Positions 1 to 10,500 of a stretch of 64,000 bases of DNA are shown here, in pieces (within the stretch, counting starts at the first letter, position 1; each line of letters opens with the position of its first letter). The stretch lies in assembly GCA_002633005.1 (NCBI GenBank), contig NMRA01000661.1, forward strand, positions 124,001 through 188,000. The letters run 5' to 3'. The translations under genes were made by a program, and so were the position numbers. The DNA comes from Phoronis australis. Taxonomy: Eukaryota > Animalia > Phoronida. The notes beneath the pieces were generated by a model, which was not told the DNA's origin, did not search any database, and saw only the letters and a program-made list of their open reading frames with translations.

Positions 1-2193
1 TTTGCTCGTCAAACATGGAATTCGGGTGTTTTAGGGGGGGCATGTCCTCCTTGGCCCCCCTCTAAATCGGCCATTGGAATGTGTGTAGTCGTACATGTAT
101 CAGCCGTCCTACATGTATTGTCGTTGTCTTTGTCCTTTCCAATTCAATCCATGCAGTGGTTTGAGTAGACAGTGGTATGTTGTCATCACTGTGGTAAAGG
201 TGAATCAAAACCCACAACAGTAATGAATTTGTATTTCCCCTATTGAGCTACCAAATGTTGAATTCCTTACTGAAGCGCTTTGGTGGTTTAAAAAGTTAAC
301 CACGCTGATTCGACCTTAAAACACTGTGCAAAGATTTTCAGATTACTATGATTGTATGCCACATCTTGGAATCTGCAGTTTTGGGGTGAGCCAACCCCAA
401 TAACAAATGAAGCGTTTTCTTATGACGGCAGTGGTCTCGAGGCTCTGGTTGATAATGGAGATAATTATAACTCGATACTAGGGAATATTAAGTGTCCAGG
501 TTTAAGAGATTCGTTTTTTTTTTTTGGTTTGTAGACCTTCATAGTGAGCGAAATGCAGAAACGGACANGGGATTTACAAGCAGAGCCTTTGTAACTTCGA
601 GGTCCACGTAGCCTTACACTTTTGACCTCGTCAAAAGCCATCCAAAACGTGAACTTCTTGATAAAATGATATCGAATGACATTTTTAGCAGTTAAGTAAC
701 AGTAGAGGAGGTGGTCTAAGCTAATCATAACTCTTTTGGCATCATATAGTGTCTAAAAAGAGGAGGGGAGACAAGAAGACTTCTACACACAGGGACAAAA
801 TGCCCTCCAGATGTGATTTTTTGAAAGAAAACAGTTGAGACAACCAACATAAAACTGGGTACTTGTCCGTGGGGTCGTTTTTTCACGAGGTTAATAGTTA
901 TTTTTTTCAGTGACCCGAAGCATAATCGGTAGTTCGCTGCTCAATGTATCCATGAGGGATACAGCGCTACAAACTGATTCAGACCCAGTGGGATATTTAT
1001 AGTATTTTAGGATAAACGGAACTATTGCAAATGGCTTGTGTTAGACAAAAATCCACGTAATTGGACAATAGGTGGAAACCGGTATTTCGTGTAACAAGAT
1101 AGAGCATGATTCTGTTATGGTGATCGAACCCTCCGGGGCGCAGAAGATTTTATACACACTGCAAAACGTTTAATTTGACAACCAGAAACTGTAATCCGTG
1201 GTAAGGGTGTCTCTGTGTTGGTGTAGTTCTGTTTCGTGGTAAGCTTTTATTCGTTGAGGGTTGTTGCAGCGCAAGGCAATGCTGTGCTGAGTGGTAAGAA
1301 GTACCTTCCCGTGATAAGGATCACACTGTCTTTTAAACACTGCTATTTTAGGGGCAAAGCTTGCAAAAATTTTCATTCACATCTAACAAAGTCATGAAGA
1401 AAGTAATATGTGTAAGTACGTACATGACCAACTTGTTTCTCTGCTATGCAAGTCGATTACAGTTCGGGGGTTACATGTATCTCCATTATCTCCATTGACA
1501 CAACTTGTCTCGTGTATGCTATTTTGAATCCAGACATCCCTTTTGTAAAATAAATTAGGCTCTTTTCTGGCAAACACATGTAGAGCACGGTGTAGGAAAG
1601 TGTGAAAACAAAGATTACTAATTTTCAATAGGGAAGAATGCGTACATGTACCTATATTTTTGTTAATGCCCGCTTCAATGTCCCCGATGACTCGGCAAGT
1701 TTGCTGGAAGTGATACGGAGATTTCTATCTGCTACGAGAGGCCTTTCCAACAACTTCGGTATACCCGATGGGGAAAACCACAGACAGGCTCCCATGTTTT
1801 CAANNNNNNNNNNNNNNNNNNNNNNNNNNNNNNNNNNNNNNNNNNNNNNNNNNNNNNNNNNNNNNNNNNNNNNNNNNNNNNNNNNNNNNNNNNNNNNNNN
1901 NNNNNNNNNNNNNNNNNNNNNNNNNNNNNNNNNNNNNNNNNNNNNNNNNNNNNNNNNNNNNNNNNNNNNNNNNNNNNNNNNNNNNNNNNNNNNNNNNNNN
2001 NNNNNNNNNNNNNNNNNNNNNNNNNNNNNNNNNNNNNNNNNNNNNNNNNNNNNNNNNNNNNNNNNNNNNNNNNNNNNNNNNNNNNNNNNNNNNNNNNNNN
2101 NNNNNNNNNNNNNNNNNNNNNNNNNNNNNNNNNNNNNNNNNNNNNNNNNNNNNNNNNNNNNNNNNNNNNNNNNNNNNNNNNNNNNNNNNNNNN

Positions 2194-2387
2194 ATCAGTT
2201 GGTGCAAGCCCAATCTCAATAGGCAACTGACACACCACAGGTTGTCATTGTTGGTCTAGTTCATTGTCACTCCCTGTAACTGACTGTATCTGTGCTTCAT
2301 TACTTGTTGCTGGGCCTAGCTAGGTGGCCACTGTATTATGACTTCTGAGGACGGTGTTTAATAAATGACACCGAAACATGTCAAGTT
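2194..2387 (+). mobile_element. 3' end of a Penelope-like retroelement (GIY-YIG endonuclease C-terminus plus terminal non-coding region); the rest lies in the N gap
   Basis: The frame emerging from the gap reads ISWCKPNLNRQLTHHRLSLLV* (stop 2259), matching the I-x3-KPxLN-x-Q end of Penelope GIY-YIG domains. A minimal hammerhead motif follows about 85 bp later, as is typical of PLE terminal repeats. Confidence 0.7.
2340..2387 (+). ncRNA. Minimal type I hammerhead ribozyme
   Basis: ACTT(2341-44) CTGAGGA(2345-51) C GGTGT-TTAATAAATG-ACACC (stem II) GAAA(2373-76) C-AT-G TC AAGT(2383-86). Both core boxes, stem II, a palindromic CATG mini stem III, the GTC triplet and ACTT/AAGT stem I are present. 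Confidence 0.8.
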
Positions 2388-4521
2388 TTAATTTGACAAC
2401 TAAAAACTGCAATCCGTGGTAAGGGTGTCTCTGTGTTGGTGTAGTTCTGTTTCGTGGTAAGCTTTTATTCGTTGAGGGTTGTTGCAGTGCAAGGCAATGC
2501 TGTGGAGAGTGGTAAGAAGTACCTTCCCGTGATAAGGATCACACTGTCTTTTAAACACTGCTATTTTAGGGGCAAAGCTTGCAAAAATTTTCATTCACAT
2601 CTAACAAAGTCATGAAGAAAGTAATATGTGTAAGTACGTACATGACCAACTTGTTTCTCTGCTATGCAAGACAATTACAGTTCGGGGGTTATCTCCATTA
2701 TCTCCATTGACACAACTTGTCTCGTGTTTGCTATTTTGAATCCAGACATCCTTTTGTAAAATAAATTAGGCTCTTTTCTGGCAAACACATGTAGAGCACG
2801 GTGTAGGAAAGTATGAAAACAAAGATTACTAATTTTCAATAGGGAAGAATGCGTACATGTACCTATATTTTTGTTAATGCCCGCTTCAATGTCCCCGATG
2901 ACTCGGCAAGTTTGCTGGAAGTGATATGGAGATTTCTATCTGCTACGAGAGGCCTTTCCAACAACTTCGGTATACCCGATGGGGAAAACCACAGACAGGC
3001 TCCCATGTTTTCAATAAGGTCTGAGTAAATTTCTATTGTATGAGAAGCAATTTACCCACGTCATGTTGAAAAAATTTTGATTTCTTTTAAATATAAAAAT
3101 GTAGCCCCCATATTTTCTTCGATTACGTTCGCCTTGTCTTGCATGTAAATTGGTTGAGCAGTCCATGGGCTGCTGACTCACAAACACATACCGCTTTCTG
3201 TTTTGCCCATGAAGTGTCGCTGGGGCCGATTTCCATGTGTCTCGGAGGGGTCGAATTCCATATGTCTCGGAACACTGATAGTTAGAGCATGTGTCAATCT
3301 CTTTTACTTCAGAGCATAGTACTAGGGTTCCGTATTTGGAGTTACTTAATGCAGTGTTTTAATTATCCATTGCGATAAATTAGTACATTACGATGATATC
3401 GTATACATGTACATGTATGAAGACAAGCTGGTGAAACGAATTTCTCGCACAAACTATATTTTGAAAGAAATTCATCTGTTTAGGAGACATAGTAAAACTT
3501 GCGTTTTGCGCACAGTCTCAATCGCAAGACTAGTCGACCGCATCCAAATTTGCCGTGTCTGCAGATTTCCACGAGTGGGTCTCCTCACACTGAACTCAGT
3601 GCAAACTGCGAGTTCTTCGAGAAAATCTTTATCTGTGAAATTTTATAATATTCGTAATCTTGCATTTTCTAGTTGGCGTATTCCTATGCGAGCGTCTGGC
3701 TGTCAGTGTTTTTATAAATATTTTACTAAAGTGCACTTTCAGCTTTTACATGTACAGTGCATAAGTGTACTGACATGTATTATTTCTACGAATGTACATA
3801 AACCTCGTGCTGTATGTGACGTCATTGGAGAATGCACACTGTGAAATATCCAAATATTTTGTGTTTAATTCAGTTTCAGAAGACGTGATGTTTTTTGTGT
3901 AATTAAAGTGACTGTTCCAATATTCGTTTTACAAAACTATGTCAGTATGTCAATGCTATTTACTGAAGATGGGCATTCCGATGATTCGTTTCCAGCTTAC
4001 GTTCTTAAGTAAACAGAGCGCTCACAAAACCTTCACTTTATGAAGCACTTAACAATTTTTTGAAGCTGCAATTTCCCCTCTGTTGAGGTTTTGAAGTTGA
4101 ATTTTAAGCGAATCGCTTTGATGTTTAAAAACATTGCCCCACTGATCCGATCTTGAATTGCTGCCGAATGAGCCGGGAACACAAGCACACCTGTACATTT
4201 AGTCTATCCAAAAAGGCCAGAACAATATTATGTAGACTGTGATAATGATCATGGTAAATTGAAAATTTAGAAATTGATGTCAATATCTGAATAAGCTAAT
4301 AACTTGGTTGTTTAGATTGAGTCTTGCATAATGAACACTGAATGGAACTGAATCAGCCTTTTCAAACCACAAGTAGACTTATGTTGACTGAAGAACGTTT
4401 TATGCAGACAATTTTTAAAAACACTTCGTTACCAAAACAATTTTTAAGAAAAGATCACTGAAAACACATTTGCCATGCATGAACAACAGCATGCAAAGAT
4501 GTGACTGCATACTCCACTCTC

Positions 4522-4534
4522 TGAGTCACGTGAC
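4522..4534 (+). promoter_or_regulatory. Overlapping AP-1 site (TGAGTCA) and palindromic extended E-box (GTCACGTGAC) about 60 bp upstream of the sulfotransferase A start codon
   Basis: Motif matches only; no functional evidence and the TSS is unknown. Confidence 0.3.
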
Positions 4535-4588
4535 GTTTGCTGTTCAACTCCGCAGCCCAAGAAAGCGCGACCCAATTTAGTCGATAAA

Positions 4589-7500
4589 ATGACCTCAAAG
4601 GGTAAATTCGTACAAGACTCTGAGGGAAAACACTATGTGCGAGATGGAATCAAACTACACGCATTTCGCGACACCGTGGAAGAGTGTGATAAACTGTTTG
4701 ACGACATTAAAGATTTTAAACCACGTCGAGATGACGTATGGCTATGTGCCTTCCAAAAGTCAGGTAAGAATGAGTCGAATGACCTCATCTGCTCCCTAAA
4801 GTGAAGTCTTATCAGCTGCTGTACTGGCCAATTCAAGTCCATGCATTGTACAGTGTTTTTAGTGGTCCGTATTTCATCACAGTGATATTGGTACAAGGAA
4901 TTATTGAATCGGAATTTCGTCAGGAAAACAAAATACTTCTGCGGCCTTTTGTTTTAAGTCGTTAAAAATGTCATGCCATCGCACTTATCATTCATTTGAT
5001 ATTACATTGCATTGCATAAACATTTAATCAACAGAAAATCTGACTGGAATATGTGTGAAGATATACCCATATGGAAATTACAAGGCATAACAACTATAAA
5101 ACAAAATAACCTACATATGTCAAGTTCATGTCTAACCTAGTTCATTGGGAGGACACAATCGACTTTTACAAAAATGGAGCCATGTATGGTATCTAGGTGT
5201 ACTATAGTCCTACATGTAGGTGGTAAGTAACAAAGCATTCAAAACATTTAGGAGGAACAAACTCACTGCAAAATATCAAAAAACATTAAAAAGAATCTGA
5301 TTTTACGTGCTGACGCAACGATCTCAGATATTTGAAAAGTTCTCATTTTGGTACATTTGTGGTGCCAAAATTCATAACTAATAAACTGGCTGACAAAGTT
5401 TTTATTTATTCAATGAAAGTAATATGTTTGTCAACATTTTGGCCGAGTTTCATTCTCATAGCAGTGGGGGCAGATTTGGTACAGCAGTGTATTAAACATA
5501 ATCTCAAAATGGCATAACGGGGGGTAGTGTAGTAAAACTACTAAATGAGGGTGGTAAATCGGAATCTTTTGTTTTCAAGGCATCTGTGTAACAATCTACT
5601 GGCATCACTAAACAATGCCATGTGAATCATAGTTCAATAGCTTTCATTCAAGGAAAAATGTAAACAGTAAAATTTGGACAGTTTTACAGCGTGAAAACAT
5701 GGCTGCGAAGCCATAAAATGTGTTTGAGCCCATAACTTTGGTAGAACAGTATATTTGGGGAAATATATTCCCACTGTTTATAGATGCCATAGGACTACCT
5801 ATGTGTCAAATTTGGTGAAAATTGGCTAACCCACACCTTGCCGCTGGATGGCTGGTGCTCTCGTGGACTGCTACTTTTAAGTACTAAAAGATCCAAAACT
5901 ATCTGCTCATACTTTGGTTTATCGTTTGCTTATACAAAACTGGTGACAAATGATCCTCTTTTCAACTTTTAATCTAGTTGGTGAAGTTTTCAACAGAAGC
6001 ATGTAAAAAGGTCACTTCTCAACGTTGAAAGTCCCTCCGTGGGGTCATTTTTCATGAGGTTAATAGTTATACGCTAAGCCGGATCTAGCAAATATGGAAC
6101 CTTAAGCACTAAGCACCCTTAGAACCCAGCTTTGTCCCCTTGATTTAGGATGTACATGTAGGAAGTGTTGTAAACGATTATTTATTAAGGAAGAATCCAA
6201 TCAATATCCAATGATTAGTAAGCTGTCTGTGTTACAAGATCACGCATGATTTTGGGTAGATGAATCCTGCTAGCGGCCGCAGAAGATTTAGCACGAACGG
6301 CAATTAAAACTCTTAATTGCTCAACACAAAATGTTATCTTTGCTGAGTGTAGCTTACTTATGTGTGATCGAAGTGCACTTTTGTGGTAAGATTTCTTTGG
6401 GGGCTAATAAGAGTTCTTGCAGTGGGGCAACATCTTGAGAAATTAAAGGTGATGATCTGCGGAACAAGACGCTTCTACGGACAATGTATGGTGTAACCTA
6501 TTTGGAAAGTATTAATGACGCAAGTCGTTCTCTATGTGGCAAGTGGTGTCGCCTTAGCAACATGGCGTCACGACCAAGTAGTCAGGGTAATAGTTAGCTA
6601 GGCTTATTGACCAAGAAACTAGACGTAAACCAAGATCTAAGAGCACGAAACTTCAGTTCGTCAATACCAGAAAGGCCGATGAGCACGTGTACCGACAAAC
6701 GAAGAAACCAGTCCAGGGGATTATATTCATACTGCGGACGACTTGATTATGGAGCTGAGCTCTCGCATGATTCCCAATTTCGTCCTTCCACAAACAACAT
6801 CATTGGCCTGAAGGCTTGCAGAGTTTGAGCACATACATGTAGCAATTTGGGTAGAGTCCGGCACGCCTCCACCACGACAGCAACTTTCGTAAGTTGTTGC
6901 TGAAGACAGGCCTGGAGACTTACACGTCGAAGGCAATTTCAACTATCCTCCTGGTGCTTGACAGTCTGAAGTTGAAGACCAGGTTTTTGAGCAATTTAAG
7001 TGTCCCTTTTGGCTGTAAGGCTTTGTCATCCATGTTCTCAAAGGAAAGCATCAAATCTGGTCAACAAGTACGTCATTTTGCGGATTTGTCGACAACTGGC
7101 AACGCGCTATCAAGAGACTCGTTGGCGAAGATGTGAAGAGTTGAACATCTTAGCATCAGAGGCAGACCGGATCCTCCAGTGTCACAATAGATAAATAATT
7201 GGTATCGCCTAGGCGATTAAAATTATCGATAAAAAGTCCTTGTGCTCGACGTATTGGCTGTATCTCTTGTTTTGTTTATTGAACTGTGTCGCGAGGGTAT
7301 TGTGTTTCTTAATCAATTCTTTCTGCTATGTTTTACAGGCACACATTGGCTTTGGGAAGTTGTGTCGATGCTCCTGACCGGCGCAGATGACTTACTACCG
7401 GTTCCTAAAGAAGGTGCTATGTTGGAAAATAGCTGTAAGAGCACACTTACAACGGCCTTGCGTGGCATATTTGCAGTAGAATAGGCCTACCCGCTGACTT

Positions 7501-10500
7501 GATAGAGAACAGTGCATATTTTGTTGCCCTTGGGTCTTGGGAACTCAAATCAGGAATTCATATTTCATTTCGATAGTCGAGCGTGGCGTGCCTGTATATG
7601 TAAGATATTAATTGCAATAGTGTTACAACCGATAATGTGATACATCAAAATAGTATATGAAGAAAAAACTTCAGAGGCTATGATTTTTTGTATCGAAAAC
7701 ATTGCACTTGAGCTGAATGCTACGATTATTGTGAAAACTAGGGTGGAAAAAGTGAAAAAGTGCTATAAATTTAGCATGTCCCAGACAGGTGAAATAGGAT
7801 GTAACATGAATAATGTGTTATAAAAAATTAAGAAAGATCGCAGGTGGTCTGACGTGTGAAGGCCCCATAGTTGGGCCCTTGGCACGAAACATCTGAGCTT
7901 AAACTCGCGAGAGCCTTGTCAATGATCACCAGCCGTGCTCTTCGTGGAAGAAGTTTTCAAGTCTGCCGATGACTTTTAAAAAGACTAGCATACTTTTCCA
8001 ATTGTTGTCGTGCACTATACGTTGTAGGTATGTAATAGTGTCATCCAATGGCTTGCTCCTTGGCCTGTATACACTTGAACAAGTCTCAATTAGGAGTTTA
8101 GGGGTATCAACATCAGTACCACACTTTGGACAAACTGGGCTGCCCATATGCCTAGTGATTTGTCTGTGTCAAGAATAGGGTTTCTTATATCCAGCCCAAG
8201 GATTTTTGAACCTTTCGTTTCGATCACATTGGAAAAGTTGTACTTGGTTCCTCTGCAGGACTTAGTTAATGCCCACTGGGCTGCCGACTGGGTCGCGTAC
8301 AGTCATAGTGCATCATCCGTAGGGACGTGTTGGGATAACAGATTTAGGCATCATAATACAGAAGCCTAGCTCTTACATGAGCGCACCCAGGGGGGGGGGG
8401 NAACGAGTCCCCTAATTTGGCGAATCGGGCAAAAATGTCCGCCTCAGTGAAACAAAAATTCGGAGTAAACGAGACAAAAGTCCACAAACTTCACGGGAAG
8501 TCGGCGCGGCTGCATAAACCGTGGGCCTAAACCTATTGGCTCCGCTTTTTTATTTAGTCCTCGCTTATTTCTTTCAGTAAAAGGTCCGCATGCCTAGCAA
8601 ATTCGAGCCCCTCCCCCTATACTTATATGGTCCCTGATCCAGTGTATATTAACTGTTCTTTTGATTGTGAGCTTTTTAAACTCATTAATGCACTAAAACT
8701 GCAGCAATTGAGTTAGTATTCAATGCGTTTTAACACACAGTGCTTGATTTAAAAAGTTGTAATAAACCTCTATCATCATGCAGTTTCAATTTCCAAAACA
8801 AAACACAATACTGTTCCGCATTTCCGCAAGGGTTCTGTCGAGTCACTCGACATATGCGATTGAAATATCAAACTTGACATGTCTACAGTCGATCTGGGAC
8901 GCAACCTTCTCAGGAAAATATCATTGTTTCAGTGTGAGTAAAAATAACACGATAGTTGATAGTCTAGCGATCAGAGTATAATTGCCAGGGTGTAATTGAG
9001 CAGACTTGGCTTACAAAGAGACACAATAGTGTAGTCACATTAACTCTACAAGCGAACTATGTGTATTTGCAGATGCAGAAACCTTAGAGAGTCTTCCGTC
9101 TCCACGTGTGCTCAATACCCATCACTTCTGTGACGTAATGCCGGCTGCAATATGGAACACACGTTACAAGATAATCCATCCCATGCGAAATATCAAGGAT
9201 ATTCTCGTATCGACGTACCATCATTTAAAGGGGCTGGGATATTTTAAAGGCTCGTTCGAAACTTATATGGAAATGCGAGGCGAAGGTAACATTTGAACCG
9301 ACAGCGCTGTAGCTGTTACAAGTTTTGAACTGTCGAAAGCTATTGACGGCGTAGAGTGACTCACGATCGAGAGTGCCCGAACCTTCTACACAGGACCAAG
9401 GACAAGCCGGTTTTAGGGCCGGGTTACTCCAATATTTTCTTTACAAGTCGCGGTTGTGTCTTTTATCTGCCAGTCGGGCACATATACACATTTTCCTTGC
9501 CATGTCTCTCAAATTCAGTTTGTTAAAATAATCGGCCTATTAAGGCCATCCATAAAAAGAGGTGAAATTGATCTTGATATCTGGTTATCGACGGATTTTT
9601 GCCAGTCATTTTAAATGTTTGTTTTGTTGTTGTCTATATTGACTTAATGACTGTGCACATTTCTTATCAGCAAACAGCGGAGTGGTACTTGTCAGCGAGT
9701 CATTATAAAAAATTACCGAATTGTCGGGTTATTTCATGAAAAGTGGCATAAGACCTCAGAAATATTGTCTTTCACTCCGCAGAGAATTAAATAAATACCA
9801 CTTAATGCGCAAACGTGCGAAGACTAAGAGAATATGCACATAACTACTGAGTAGTGATCTGTTTTACATGAACTATATTAGAACTGTGATGCGCTCATAA
9901 TTACTTGGCTAAACTTGTTTTCAGCAATTGCGAAGCGGGACATTAGGACTAAATTTCTTTTTCTTTAAAATGTTAAGTCACTTTTATGAAAGAGCATTTC
10001 CTAATAAAAACTTTCAAGAAATAAATATCTGTAGCCTGAAATCTCTAGATGGAGAGCTGATATCAGCTTAATACTGTCTCAGATGGTATGATTGCTTTAG
10101 ACTGGGTGAACACTGCGTCTTCATGTGATGTTTCTTGTGTTTTATGCTTTTTAAGATAGTACCAAAGAGTGGCTGCGTTACGAAGAAGACTGGTTTTCCA
10201 AACATGGCAAAAACCCCAATGTACTTTTCTTGCACTACGAAGATATGGTGAAGGTAAGTACACAGGGTGTCCAAAAATTGTTCTCACATTTCATCCCAAC
10301 GTCAGGATCAGACTGGATGGTCTATCGTATGGTTGCATAGTGCTATGAACCGTCACGCTTTCTGCATGCACGGGAATAACAAACCCAATTTATCCGGCAA
10401 TGTTGATAGAATTTGAAAAAAACGTCAACGAAGTGCTATCTATCAAAAGAAGAGTTAAAGTTTCTTTTTGGTCACTTCTTTATAAACTTAAATCGTTAAT

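Larger units (their letters stand above)
1168..3013. repeat. Near-identical ~630 bp duplication (1168-1803 vs 2387-3013) across an N gap; probably uncollapsed haplotypes
   Basis: Direct comparison shows only scattered substitutions and small indels; the ORF track gives near-identical peptides at 1170-1376 and 2400-2594. Confidence 0.8.

Noticed and set aside
1638-2259. Long ORFs in several frames
   Set aside because: Artefacts of the N run; the same applies at 35501-35863.
6727-6942. RGGGV peptide suggesting a LINE endonuclease
   Set aside because: No other APE motifs; the adjacent frame matches a Harbinger transposase much better.
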